Part shown: one piece after another, positions 23,911-36,542 of the stretch
Layout: each line of letters opens with the position of its first letter
How positions within the stretch are numbered: position 1 is the stretch's first letter
DNA from: Lepidodermella squamata
Lineage: Eukaryota > Animalia > Gastrotricha
Length of the DNA: 64,000 nt
Assembly: GCA_047495785.1 (NCBI GenBank)
Contig: JBLDXI010000001.1
Coordinates: 2,170,001 to 2,234,000, forward strand
Direction of reading: 5' to 3'
Translations under genes and position numbers: made by a program
Notes under the pieces: model-generated
What the model was told of the DNA's origin: nothing
What the model saw: the letters and a program-made list of their open reading frames with translations, nothing else
The model's database searches: none

Positions 23911-25802
23911 TCAGTTTCTTCGAGATCTCAAAAACTCCAGCACAGCCTGTTGCTGATTAGCCGCTGCTCGTTGATGCGGTAATTCGCCGCTGGCATTTTT
24001 CATCAACGCAAGCGGGCTTTTAACCTTGCAAAAGTACTTGACGACCTCAAGGTGGCCGAAATACGCAGCCAAGTGTATCGCTGAGTCGCCGTAGTGTTCC
24101 GGATCACTCTGCGCCATCGTTTTCGCGCCCTTGTCGACTAATATTTCAACAGTGGCGAGCTGACCGGCGGCAGCTGCTGACATGAGAGGAGTGCGGCCCT
24201 GGAATCCGCGCGCTTCAATATCGGCGCCGCGGGTGATGAGAGCTAACATCACGGAATTTTGACCATTTAACGCCGCAACGTGAACTGCCTGGTCGCTGTT
24301 GACATTAATAGCATTCATCAAACTAGGAACCGTGTCGAGCAGCGCGTGAATAACTGGCACAGACCCAACGCCAGCAGCGATGTGAATACACTGCAAAATA
24401 ATGGTTTTTTTTTTGACAAATAAAATTCGGATTAAAAATACCATGGCCATGTCATCATCTTCGCCACTCCTCGCGCCAGTATCGGCCTTTTTCTCGATTA
24501 AATGCTGCACCATAACAGCATCGCCCTTACCGCAGGCATTTAGCAGAGGGGTGCGGCCGTTAAAGCCGCGCGTTTCCAGGTTGGCGCCCTTTTTAACGAG
24601 AAAGTCAACAACTTCGATGCGACCACTTAACGCGGCAACGTTAATCGGATGATTTCCGTTACTGTCTTTTGTTGCCATGAAGTTTGGGTCTATTGATAAC
24701 AAGTAGGAGACCATGTCCATGTGACCGAATTCACACGCCAGATGAATAGCGCTGCCTGAAAAAATATAAACATAATTTAATTTAATAATTTAATTTTTTT
24801 AAATTTTACAGTTCAATTTGGGTTATCCTATTTTGTCACCCAGGTGAAATTTTAGAAAATATTAGGCGAATACAAAATTATAGAAGAGTTCTTGGGCTAT
24901 CGAATGCCGGTTTCCGCAAGTCCGGACGATTTTACCTTGAATTTTGGCTAATTTTTTAGTTACCTAAACTTCTGGCCGGAACAAAGGAACCAGCTGACCT
25001 AATTTCGGACACCTCATCCAGTAACGCGAGTATAATTAGGAAGTGGCCGAAATTAGAGATTTTTACTTCACAATCGATTCAATAAAATCATTAAAAAAAA
25101 ACGATTTTACTTTTAATAAATCAATTTTTCGTATATTTTACCTTCTCCGTCCTCCTTGCTGCTGATTGCGTGAATATTGGCGCCAGCTTTAATAAGGCCC
25201 TGGACGGTGTCTAGAGCGCCCTTTGACACGGCGCATAGAAACGGGGTCCTCGCAAACTGGCCTTTCGACTCCAAACCAACGCCTTTACTCAGCAGCAAGT
25301 CCACAACATCGATGTAGCCTTTCAGCGCAGCTCGGTGGATCGGCTGATCGCCGTCCTTATCCGGCCACGTGACACAGTCCGGCCGCGCCTCAATCAACGC
25401 CCGGACGCACTCGGTGTGACCGAAAGATGCCGCTAGATGAATCGCACAGCTCTCGTCATCCGCCGCGAAACTCCGCTCGTCAACTTTCGCGCCCCGCGAC
25501 AACAACGCTGTAATTACCTTGACCTGGCCTTTGCACGCCGCGTGCATCAATGGCGTCCGGCCTAGATAACCGCGCTCGTCCACATTCGCGCCCTTTTCCA
25601 GCAGCATTGTGACAACGTTGACCTGGCCGTAGAGCGAGGCCGCGTGTAACAGGGTGTCGCCATTTGCGTCTCGAACTCGCATCAATGGTTTCACGCCGTA
25701 TTTCGAGAGAATTTTTTCGAAATCCAACACATTGCCGCGTCTCGCATCGCTGAACAGCGCTGCAAGCTTTTCATTTGCAGAATCGTAAGTTATAACACTC
25801 AT
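23911..25802 (-). CDS. Ankyrin-repeat protein (about 12 repeats), possibly the C-terminal part of the upstream kinase gene
   Basis: Repeating unit GDQPIHxAA..G / RGFxGRTPLMxA / xAIHLAAxFGH across three GT-AG-joined exons. Confidence 0.85.
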
Positions 25803-26457
25803 GATATAATGCCCATAGCTCGAATTAATATCGAAAACATGGAATTGAAATTTAAGACTGTGATATCTAGCTTAATTTTTGGGAAAAATGAAATTATTTA
25901 AAAAATATAGTAATAGCATGGTTTTTTTCCTATTCCAAAAGCGGGTCTAAAAATAAAAGAATCGACCGATATAACCTAATTGCTCATGGCCAGAAAAATA
26001 ATTAAAATGCTTTCAGAATGGACCTTGCCTATAATATGATTAAAAAATCGGAGAAACTCGGCCCAACCGGGTAAAATCACGAGATCTAATAATCGAACCA
26101 GTAACATCGGGTTTTTTTCCTGGTTTTCAACGGTAATTTCAAATTTCTACACAAATTATGTATAAAAATGGTTGCTTAACTTTTGGGGAACGTTCTAGCC
26201 TTTTGAAAATGGGGCGGGTATAGCTGCTAAATGGGATAAAAAAGCCTCACAAAAGCTCGAAATTTGGGGTAAGGTAGCCAAATTTTCGGGATCGGTTGAG
26301 GGTAAGGGCTGACTTTTAAATGAGGAAAATTTAGCAAATTTATATAGTCAATAAAAAAATAAAACCCAAAAAAATATCTTATCATAAATGATGAAAGTTG
26401 ATTTATAATTTATAATTTGATTAGGAATATGATATGCAGTTTTTGGAGAGATATTAT

Positions 26458-29400
26458 TTAACCTGGTAAAAATCTAGAACAAAAGCGTATAAAAACCTCG
26501 TTATCTGAAAATGTTTCATCCTTAGGCGCCGTATCGGCTGTGCTCGCGTTGCTACCCCGTTTAGCCGTCTGTTGCGAGATGCGAAGGAAAACAGAGTGAC
26601 TCAGCACTTCAGTTGAATCGGGCCGCGTCTCCTGGTCTTTGCTCAACAGCTTCAGCGTTATTAAACCGCGCACCTCCTGGCTCAATGTGCCCGGCAGCTC
26701 TTTAGGTTCTTTGCTGTGGGACACATTCAAAGGTCACGCCTCGACGTGTCTCAATCAAGGTTTTTTCACACTTACGTTAAAATGGCCTTGAACAGCGCGT
26801 CGTGGTCGTCATTCACGCAAATAAACTGCGCATTTTTTACAATTATTATTATAAAACAAGTGTTAATCAGTCTGCATACCGGCAGCTCAAGACTGGCGAT
26901 GTGATACAACAAGACGCCGAACGCCCACATTTCGGACTTGTAGTCGTACCGCTTGTCATTGACAACTTCGGGCGCCATGTGGGTCGCCGTTCCAAGCATG
27001 CTCTTTGCGACCTTTTTTCTAGATGAATGACAAAATAGGACGATTTGAAGAGGCCGGCGAGACTTACTCAGAGCTGAGCATTTTTACGATTCCGAAATTG
27101 CCCAACTTCGGTACTTGGCCTTTGTCGGTCAGGAAAACATTCTGTAAGTACGGAAATGAGATCTCAGGTCCACTACAGACGCTAATAAAGTGACCCAAAA
27201 TGTAGAAAAACAAGAAAATTCGAAATGGAATGCGGAATTAAAAAAATGGGGTGACATATTGCGCGGTCACGTGACCAATTTTACACTGGGTTATCTCTGT
27301 GACGCTAGATAGTAAAAATACGAGGTTTTCAAATTCTTACTCCCCGTTTTTTTGTGGCGCGTGTCATCATGGATAGAAAAATATAACGCTTTTTCCGATA
27401 ATATTCTGGGCAATTCATGACAATTTATTCGAAAGCCATAATAACGGCATCTACGGCAGCACGAACGGAAACTCCAATTTCAATGTAGACTTGGTGATTT
27501 TCCAAAATATTATGTTAGAATTGTGATTTATGTCAGGTTCCCTCGTTTGGCAACTAGGTACTACTGGACTACTACTGGACTACTTGCCTAAATTGTAGAA
27601 ATCCGTCAATATTCAGTGTGCAATTTGGCGTGGGTGTGCATGAAACTTGGCTCTCCCACTGTCAAAAGTTGCTGTCGTTCTAGCCCTTCTCTTCGTAGTT
27701 GCTAGCAGCCTAGGTAAATGTTCCAGTGCTAATCTTGTAACTAACGATGAGCTCTTTTCAAAACAGACTTGACGAAGTTCACCAAGTTGGACCCTTTCGA
27801 CATAGTATGGGTTCTGCTGAAGATCGGTCCCACAAATATCGACGTGTGTTCGTCGTATTGCGTGCAACATGCTGAATGTACTGGTTTCACATTCCGTGAC
27901 GGTCTCTGCAATATCATCACCCATCGGCCAGAAGCTATTTACAGGAAGAATTGAGTAGCACGACAAAAACGCCCAGGAGAGTTGAGTGAAGCTTCAATTT
28001 GAAAAGGATGAGACGAGATGTTGCCATATGATAGGCTCTGATGTTCAAATAAAGCAATGATGCTTTTGGCTAAAAATCAGCTTAGTCTGCGAACCTAGCT
28101 TTAATGAAGGTGAATCTTCGGGCAACTGCAACTTGTGCTTGCTGAATAATCAGCTGATTCAATTCTTATGGCGCATTTTTCCGAGCGAAATCTTTTAGGT
28201 AGCCATGCATTTTTTCGGGCGCTGAATTCATTCATCAAGAATCAAGAAAACTGTGCTTGAAAATGAATGGCTTCATCGCTTGCACATGCATGGATCTTAC
28301 TCATTGGCTCGAAAAATAGTGAAAAATTCACGGCAGGAAGTTTCCGCACTTGTTCGAACAGAACTTGCGTTGAGCATTGGTTCAATGTTCAATCATTAAT
28401 ACTATTGATATTATCAGCCGTGGCGAATTCCCGATGGATGCGCGAAAAAATCGTTCTGGCCTACAAAATTTATCTCAAATTTCACTCCGTTAAACGCCAC
28501 CTGAAGTTAAACGAATGACCATTTTGCCCATAGTTTAAAAAAAAAACAACGACAGATTGTACTGGCTGAAACCGCCAAAAAATCGGGTGCTTCCTATTGT
28601 ATCCTATTCGGTTCCTATTCGGGTGCACAAATAAACCAAATTTGCAGACATAACGGCCATACTGTTGATTTTTTATTTTAAATTAATTTTTCGATTACAT
28701 GCGAAATTCATGAGCACACTAGGTCATGACCCGGTAAACGCGATTATTACCTTGCTGTATTTATTATTACCCTCAATAAAATTTCATTGCGCACCAACGA
28801 GAGTTCGCATTTTCCCCCTCAACCGCGTGGCATAAAAAAATGAATGGAAAATTATGAATCGATTCAAATACAAATGGAGCGAGAGGGTTACTCTCCTCTA
28901 CTTGACATTTTTAAACCCACGAAACACAACACGGCTGGTATTTCTGAATAATTTCGAAAATTCATTTATAGGCGAATTATTAAAAAATAAATATTTCGAA
29001 AAATAGCACTTTTTACTCTATGGGCTCTATGATCTGGGTGTTTAGCCCGCCACCGTTGATGAGTTGGAATAATTATTTATCACAAATAATTCAGCCAATT
29101 TAATTTTCGAATGGCAAAATCAAACGGCCATTACTTTGCATAATTTGTTGTCTGGTTATTCCCGTGATATTAAAAATTACCTCAGCTTTGATGTCACGAT
29201 GCAGAACCTCCTTCATTGTGTGAAGATAATTCACAGCATGAACTAGCTGATTCGCCAGCACTAGCAGTTCCATTTCAGCAAAAGCTCGATTTTTAGCCCG
29301 CCGTGTCTGAATGACCTGTGCAAGCGTTCCCATTTTGCAATCGTCCATCACGATGTGAAGCAGGCCGTCCTCCTCAAACGAGCTGTAAACTCGAATTAAA

Positions 29401-29633
29401 TTCGGATGCCCGATAGATTCTAGAATTTTCGCATCGCGTTGAATCATCTCGAGCATCGTGTTTTCTTCGTCCTTGTTACTGCTGTTGCTGATGACTTTTT
29501 TCAGCTCCACCTGTTTGACCGTGAATTCGGTGCCGTCGGCGACTGATTTTACGCGAACAAGCTTGCCGAAATAACCCCGGTCGATCGCATCTCCAACTTG
29601 AACGAACGATTTTACCGAATTTAACGACGACAT
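26458..29633 (-). CDS. NEK-like Ser/Thr kinase domain, probable pseudokinase
   Basis: DRGYFG, VKQV, HPNLIRVYSSF, LHIVMDDC, LHRDIKAE|NVFL, KLGNFG (exon ~27068-27142), GTATHMAPE..RYDYKSEMWAFG. The 3' end is uncertain. Confidence 0.8.
27647..27954 (+). CDS. Small secreted PAN/apple-like protein gene nested antisense in the kinase intron; no ATG seen
   Basis: Signal-like LSKVAVVLALLFVVASSL, a 53-nt intron (27714-27766) with taactaac branch point, then in frame CSSYCVQHAECTGFTFRDGLC. Confidence 0.55.
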
Positions 29634-30910
29634 TTTCCTTATTTAGCTAACAATTGAAAAGGTATCAACCGAATTAAATCGAAAAAAAACGGGAGAAATT
29701 TAGCAGGTGGAGTTATTCTGCCTTTTGGCTCAAAGTTTTATGGTTTATGAAAAAATAAGCCTTCTGTTAACTTTCTTCGTAAAAGTGAAGCGAGGTATCA
29801 AAATTTGAAGATCCAATCAAGCTTTTAATCGCCATGGTCTTCTTGTCTGAACGCTGAGGAGGGAGAAAATATGCGAATAAAAAATCCGAAATGAAAATTT
29901 TCGATGAATTGAAAATTTCGATGAGCAAAAAATTTCAAATTCAAATTCTTTTAGAATACCTAACAAAATAAACGAAAAAATTCGAAAATTTCTTAGCCTT
30001 ATTGGTACAACACATAATGAGAAATGAGAACGGTCGGTAGAAGAGATGAATTTTCGATTTACCGGACAGAAAACGGAAAGGCGGGATTAATTTTAGACCG
30101 CTGGATTTTTGTTTTTTTTCTCGAATTTTTCCATTTCTGAATGAAAAAAATGGCAAAGGCCGAAAAATTCCGCCACGTTCCAATTTATGAATTAAGATGG
30201 CGAAATTTTTGACCTCATCGAGAAAAGCGGCCGTGCCAGCTGGACAAATCGAATATTCGCAAGAACTAATTAGCCGCTGATTTCCCCAGAATTCCAAAAA
30301 TAAGGAAAAACGCAGAAAAATCTTAGAAAACTTGCGCGAAGAAGATGAAATTGCGAAAAAAACAGATTAACGGCCAAGAATTTAGCAGTAAAAACAGGGC
30401 ATAGACAATTTTAAGCGGAATGCCGATAAGAGTCGCGGTGGCTAAATTGGATGCGAACACCCACGCGCATTTCGAGGTAGGTGGCCAGGCACGCGCGCAT
30501 TCGCAATTTGCTGCTGTCACCCCGCGTCAATGGCCGCAACTATTCACGTCAAATCTGCAACTTTTTGTGCCCAATCAAGCGTAACCGCCAAGAGCCCGGC
30601 GGTTGCCTATGACATGACACTTCTGTACTCGTCAGCATCGCAGCAGTTTCACACCGGCTTTTTTTCGCGCAGGGGTGACAAAATTGACGGGACGCGGTCA
30701 ATGGCGGTCGACTTTTTTCTAATTAACCAACGCAATTCAGGTGCAAAATTTCACCTTTGAACTTTTATAAATAACCCAACCGGTAAAAAAAGTCAAGGAC
30801 AAAAAAACGCATTATTTTATTGAATTAATCGCGGATATCATAATATATTTTGATAATATTTGAGAAATTTATATTTTTTATAAAAAACGAGCAAATTTTC
30901 AGAAGTAGAG

Positions 30911-31799
30911 TCAGCAGTCGATATTGAGCGAGCGCAGGAACAGAAATTCGAAATACTTGGCAATAACGAGCAAATTTAGGGCTTGATTGTAGTCGGTCGG
31001 GTTGAGGTCGAAGTCCAGCGAAAAATTCGCCTCGACCAGCGGGCGTGCAAAATCGGAGAAGCGTTGAAAGTCGGCAATTCGCATGAAATCATCCGGCTTG
31101 TAGCTGAGCTCGAACAAGCTGTACGAAGACCAGTTTTCGTCGCCAGTGTCGCTAGTAAGCAGCGTCGAGGCGGTCCACGATTTTTCACCGGCAGGTTTTT
31201 TCGCCTGCGGGCAGTCAGAAATGTCGTCGATTTTACGCTTTCGATCACTGGCCGAAGACGCCGCCAGGGCTAAATCGACCAGCCCGCGGGAAAAGTTGAC
31301 CGAGGGGGCGGGTTCTGCGATTTCGGCGAGTGTATTCGTGCCAACGTCGATGGTTAGCGGCGTTGAAATGCCGATTTGAGACGACGAATGACGCGCAATA
31401 GATCGGTCGGGATTTTCGGCGTGTGGAACCGATGATTCATCGCTCATTTCGCTGGGAGGAACTGGCGTAGATGGGCGGTCATTTTCGTCATTTTCGGCAG
31501 ACCAGGTGTCGTCATCACTAGAGTCGGCGAGTTCGAAACCTGAGATGGCAATCTCGCTTTCCTCGTCCACGTCGGTCCTAAAAAAATAAAAAAAAAGTTT
31601 AACAAATTGCGCGAAAATAAAAAAAATAGAAAAATTCTCCAGTGTGCAAAATATTAAGCTGGAATTAACATAAAAAGAGCTAAATTTACCATTCAAGATG
31701 AAAACTGGGTGTGTGAGGCACTACAAAATTGGCACTCGCTTCTTCGGGGTCGTCCTCAGGAAAACTGGTCAAAGAAATCTCCCATGCAAGGTCAGGCAT
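30911..31799 (-). CDS. Acidic low-complexity protein of unknown function, two exons
   Basis: Exon 1 MPDLAWEISL..HLEW splices (intron ~31578-31689) in frame to TDVDEESEI... Contains an NLS-like RKRK. Confidence 0.6.
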
Positions 31800-32393
31800 T
31801 TCAAGCCGAACGAAAATTCTAAATATATTAATAAAACAGCACTAAATAAACATAAAAAAAACATTAATTTCCCAACAAGTTAAGAGAAATCACTCGGATG
31901 AAAATCGAAGGATGAAGATGAACGCGTGTCTCTTTGCCGCGATAATAAAACAGACGCCGCGATATGATATAAATGACGAGTGTGCTGTGTATTCGATAAC
32001 ACCTGATGACTGCGCGTTAATGACTCATCATCATCATTATCAGTGAGCGCGGCGGCAAGTGCGCTCAATTAAGCCGCCGCCGCCTCATGAGCGCACACTT
32101 TGCCGGCGCGCGCACCGCCTCCAATATTGCATCACACACATGCAATGTAGGTCAGGCTCATCGGTGCTGCGCGATGACCTTGGCTGTACTGATTTTATTA
32201 CCCGGGTCATGGCAGATCAAAAATGATAGTGCCGCAGAATAAAATTGATGAGGAGATAAATGCGACAACAATACAAGAAAAAACTTGGATCAATTCAACA
32301 CGTCATTTATTCTTCAAGAGAGATAAATTGGATGACAAATTGTAATGATTAAAAAATATCAGTTAGCATTGATTTTTCAAATCGAAAATAAGA

Positions 32394-33053
32394 TCAGGCC
32401 TCCAACTCTGGTGCGAAATGATTTTTTTTCAAATGCCTATGCATTTCAGAGGCACTTCGAAACAGCCTGCTACAATCAGGCCGGCTGCATTTGAGCAGTG
32501 GTCCAAATTTATGCCTGTTTTGATGACCTCTGGCCGAATGTGGATCACGTGATACCTTCGGACAAAATGGGCATTTGACTGGATGCTCTTCATGGTGCTT
32601 TCGTTCATGCTTAACCAAATCGTTTTGATTGAAGAACGCTTGTTCGCATGTTAGGCATTGAAATTCTCTTCGGCCGTAATGGACACCATCGATGTGTCTT
32701 TTAAGCGCCCCTGTCGATCCCAATATTTTCTCGCACAAATGACATGGAGATTCTTTTTTTATTTGCGAGGTATGAGCTGATCTAATGTGAACTGCAAGAG
32801 AAAAGCGACCCGGTTGAAGCGACCCACACACATGGCAGGGCAGGAACGGGCTAGGTCGATGGTAGCGAATTATATGCTGATGGAGGTACACAGAGCACCC
32901 CAAAGCATGTTTGCAGACAGGGCACTGAGACAGCTCGTCCCTCGGGCCATGCATAGACTGGACATGACGCCCAAAATTCGACTGGCAGTCGAAACTTTTG
33001 CCGCAATGTTGGCAATGCCATAGCTTTTTGTTCTTAACCATTCTTGATAACAT
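32394..33053 (-). CDS. Multi-C2H2 zinc finger protein (about 7 fingers, ends HFAPELEA)
   Basis: Tandem CxxC..H..H fingers; paralog of 33848 and 54715. Confidence 0.85.
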   Translation of the reverse strand: MLSRMVKNKKLWHCQHCGKSFDCQSNFGRHVQSMHGPRDELSQCPVCKHALGCSVYLHQHIIRYHRPSPFLPCHVCGSLQPGRFSLAVHIRSAHTSQIKKESPCHLCEKILGSTGALKRHIDGVHYGRREFQCLTCEQAFFNQNDLVKHERKHHEEHPVKCPFCPKVSRDPHSARGHQNRHKFGPLLKCSRPDCSRLFRSASEMHRHLKKNHFAPELEA

Positions 33054-33274
33054 AAAAAATTGGAATATTAATGATGTGATTCCGTCTACGAATTAAACCA
33101 ATTTATTTTTGGAATATCAAGCCTCATGATAAATGCGACATTGGAATAAAAAAAATCAGGAAATTTTGGACGATCCGCCTAACCTCTATTTTTAGGCACA
33201 TTTGGGAATGCCAATAAAAAATCCGCTATTTTAGCCTGAAAGATCAGCTTTTCAGAGGTACGAAATATGAAGTA

Positions 33275-33502
33275 CCGTAGAGCGGTACAATTTTGAACAG
33301 GGTACAACTTCGAACATTTTTTCAAAAGTACAATTTTGAACGAACGTTTGCATTGAAAATTTCGTTAATGTTCAAAATTGTACTTCAAAAAAAAGTACAA
33401 TTTTGAACATTAACGAAATTTTCAATGCAAACGTTCGTTCAAAATTGTACTTTTGAAAAAATGTTCAACTTTGTACTTGTTCAAAATTGTACCGCTCTAC
33501 GG
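33275..33502. mobile_element. Near-perfect palindromic MITE with TA TSD (Tc1/mariner-pogo type)
   Basis: TA-ccgtagagcggtacaattttgaac ... gttcaaaattgtaccgctctacgg-TA. About 110-bp arms fold back; internal gtacaattttgaac repeats. Confidence 0.85.
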
Positions 33503-33847
33503 TACTCTAAATTATATCTGATTTTACTAAATTAATTATCCAAGTGTCTCTAAATTAAAACTTCATTTTGCATTACGCTACTAAATAAATCTAGAATTTT
33601 CCCGCGCGCGCCAAGTTTTGATGCAAAAAATATCAAAAAAATAGCACGAGAATTCTAGCTTTTCTGCAAACGCAAGTTCTTTCAATTTTCAAGGACCCGA
33701 AAAAACACGTTTTTCTTCAAAAATAAGAGCTTTCAAGGTATCGAGGTACTTTATTACGATTCAAGTGATGACCTAGGGACATTTTTTGCCAAATAAGACA
33801 TCGATGAAAAATAGTGATTTTTCGAGTGTTCCACATCGAAATTGAGC

Positions 33848-34486
33848 TCAGACCTCGAGTTCTGGTGCGAAATGATTGTTTTCCACGTGTTTCTGCATCA
33901 GATTAGCGTTTCGAAACATTCGCTTACAATGAGGCCGGCTGCATTTGAGCAGTGGTCCAAATTTATGAATACGTCGATGTTCCATAGCTGAATTAGGATC
34001 GCCAAAGACCTTGAGACATATTGGGCATTTGACTTTGTGCTTTTCGTGCTTCCTCCTTTCATGCCTAATACAATCTGATTTAGTGAAAAACGCTTTTTCA
34101 CATTTCAGGCACGTAAATTTTCTTCGGCGGTAATGAACAATTTCAACATGATGGAAAAGCGATGATGACGAACCCAAAATTTTCCCGCACAAATTACAGA
34201 GATGTTCTTTCTTTCCATGGCGCATTCGAATATGACATTGAAGAGAATAACGAGACGGGATCAGCGATCCGCAAATATTACAAGGCAAAAGTGGACTAGG
34301 CCGATGGTAGCGATTCAAATGCTGTTGCAAGTAATACCGACATTGGATAACGATACTGCAGACAGGACATTGATGCAGATCATCCTTAGGGCCATGAGTC
34401 GTTTTGACGTGCCGCCCATAATTAGCCTGAGAACCGAAAATTTTGCCGCAATATTGGCACGTCCATTTTTTCTCAGATATAATCAT
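33848..34486 (-). CDS. Multi-C2H2 zinc finger protein (about 7 fingers, ends HFAPELEV)
   Basis: Finger-by-finger paralog of 32394-33053. Confidence 0.85.
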   Translation of the reverse strand: MIISEKKWTCQYCGKIFGSQANYGRHVKTTHGPKDDLHQCPVCSIVIQCRYYLQQHLNRYHRPSPLLPCNICGSLIPSRYSLQCHIRMRHGKKEHLCNLCGKILGSSSSLFHHVEIVHYRRRKFTCLKCEKAFFTKSDCIRHERRKHEKHKVKCPICLKVFGDPNSAMEHRRIHKFGPLLKCSRPHCKRMFRNANLMQKHVENNHFAPELEV

Positions 34487-34558
34487 TCTTTGAGAAAAAA
34501 TTGAGAATTAAAACATTTCGAAATTTGATAAAAAAAATTTAATTTTCGTTTTTTTTTC

Positions 34559-35062
34559 TCAAGTCTCATGGGAAGTTTTCACGTGACGAGCCAGGCTTCG
34601 AGGATGAACATAAGCTCTGCCACAAATGTCACAAGCGTACTTCCCGGAATCAGCCTCATCATCAGAGTTTGAAGATTCGACGACTTTCCGATTTTTCGAC
34701 TCATTTCCGCCGGTTTTTCCTGATTTCTTCTCCGTTTTATCCGATGAAAAAAACGCGCTGTAGTCGGGCTGCTCGCCAGGTACGTAAAAGTACGCGCCGT
34801 CCGAAACAATGTCACTGTCGACAGCTTTTTCTTCATGGTTCGATGATGAATCTTCCGAAGTCGAGTTCCCATTTTCGATAGGTTCTGGGGGCGGAGGCGA
34901 TTCTTCTTCGTGGAATTCGGACGAAACAATGTCATGGATAAAGGTCACATTAGCCAGGCACAGCTTCAAATACGCGGCTGAGGGTTCGCGAACAGGCGCT
35001 TTCAGAAGTTCAACAAGGGAACTGGAAACATGCCTTACAAGTGCCAAGTCATTTTCATCCAT
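34559..35062 (-). CDS. Type-A N-terminal domain + 1 C2H2 finger
   Basis: LVELLKAPVREPSAAYLKLCLANVTFIHDIV, acidic linker, then YACDICGRAYVHPRSLARHVKTSH. Confidence 0.8.
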   Translation of the reverse strand: MDENDLALVRHVSSSLVELLKAPVREPSAAYLKLCLANVTFIHDIVSSEFHEEESPPPPEPIENGNSTSEDSSSNHEEKAVDSDIVSDGAYFYVPGEQPDYSAFFSSDKTEKKSGKTGGNESKNRKVVESSNSDDEADSGKYACDICGRAYVHPRSLARHVKTSHET

Positions 35063-35164
35063 TTTCAAATTTTGAAGTTAAAAATTCTAAAAAATTAAGA
35101 AATTAATTGGATTTATAGGCCATAAAATTGAACGAAAATGTGAAACTATAAAAAGTTCGGAAAG

Positions 35165-35665
35165 TCAAAAGGTTCCATGCGCATTTCTCACGTGGCGGTT
35201 CAGGTCGGAAGGGCCGCGGTACGCTTTTTCACACTGATCACAAGAAAACTGAGGCGCCCCGTGGGATCGAAGGTGCACTTTCAGGCTCTTTCCTCCGCGC
35301 GTTGGAACATAGCCACAAATTTCGCACGACTTCGGGCTGGGTTTCGGTTCCTCGAGATCGGGAGTTTCTTCTGTTTCTTCAACCTGCGGTTTATTTTGAT
35401 CTCCTACAATGTCGATTTCCACATCAGAGTAAGAATAGCGAGGCATTTTAGCCTGAGGTTGAGCTGCGATTTCTAGGACTCGAGGTTCGTCGGCTTCATC
35501 GGAATCTTTTGGGTGATAATTAGCTTCGACCAATTCGTGAATGAAGGTCACATTTGCGAGGCAAAGTTTCAAGAAAGCAGCCGAAGGTTCCCGAATTCGT
35601 GATTTTAAAAGTTTAACCAAAGCCCCTGCGGCGTTAGCTATCAAACTAGCTTCGATCGGATCCAT
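35165..35665 (-). CDS. Type-A N-terminal domain + 2 C2H2 fingers
   Basis: LVKLLKSRIREPSAAFLKLCLANVTFIHELV followed by two fingers. Confidence 0.8.
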   Translation of the reverse strand: MDPIEASLIANAAGALVKLLKSRIREPSAAFLKLCLANVTFIHELVEANYHPKDSDEADEPRVLEIAAQPQAKMPRYSYSDVEIDIVGDQNKPQVEETEETPDLEEPKPSPKSCEICGYVPTRGGKSLKVHLRSHGAPQFSCDQCEKAYRGPSDLNRHVRNAHGTF

Positions 35666-35765
35666 TATTCATTAATATAGAAACTATGTATTATCAATAA
35701 AAATCTCAAATCCTAAAACAGTTTTTCATTTCAGCTGAAAAATTGCGATTCCGTAAATTCTACGT

Positions 35766-36052
35766 TCAATGTTTTCGTTTCATGTGGGCGTAGAGATGGT
35801 CGGATCTCGTGTAGGACGACTCGCACAAGTTACATCTGAACATTTTCGTAGCAGAATGAACCGATATTCGATGACGATTCATCTTGGAGCTGTCGCAGAA
35901 ATTTTGCAGACATATCGGGCACGTTTTGGGTGATATCGTGGGAGCAGGTTCGAAGTTGTACGAACTTGAAGATGAGATTTGAATAGACTGATCTAACTTT
36001 CGCAACGCTTCAACTATTTTCGATGGAACATTCGCCTCGTCGCGGAAAACTT
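35766..36052 (-). CDS. Last exon of a type-B-like 2-finger C2H2 gene; 5' exons uncertain
   Basis: NVPSKIVEALRKLDQSIQI..SYNFEPAPTISPKTCPIC, matching the SYSF..PNTCPIC motif of neighbouring genes. Confidence 0.65.
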
Positions 36053-36542
36053 CTAAAAATAATCATAAAATAAATCTAATATCTAATAATTACTTAATAA
36101 GCTCAATTATTCCATATTTCAAGGTACGTTTCTGGAAATCTGAAAATCGACCATTTTTACGAATTTTCCAGGTATTTCCTGGCTGGTAACGAAATTTCGA
36201 AGCAGTTACAGTACCTAGTATCAAATTTTTCGCGTCCACACAAAGACTAGCTGCATTGGATGCCCCTGCGCCTGAAACAAAAACCATAACATTCAAGGCT
36301 AAGATTCATATTAAATTTACCGGAAGTCATGGATCGAAATTCTCGGACTAGTGTTATTAAAGACCCTAAAAAGTGTTGAACCAATCTGTTAGGAGAAATT
36401 CAATTAAAAAACTGAAATTGTGACTCGTGAAATCACTAGGCCACAGGAATACTCGAAAATATAACGAAAAATATCGCCCATATACAGTGTTTCCTGCATT
36501 AGGGCGTGAACTATTTTGTTTCACTGTGAGATTCAATGCTCC

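Noticed and set aside
33275-33502. Possible CRISPR array or miRNA hairpin
   Set aside because: The repeats form one TA-flanked palindrome without unique spacers, typical of a MITE.
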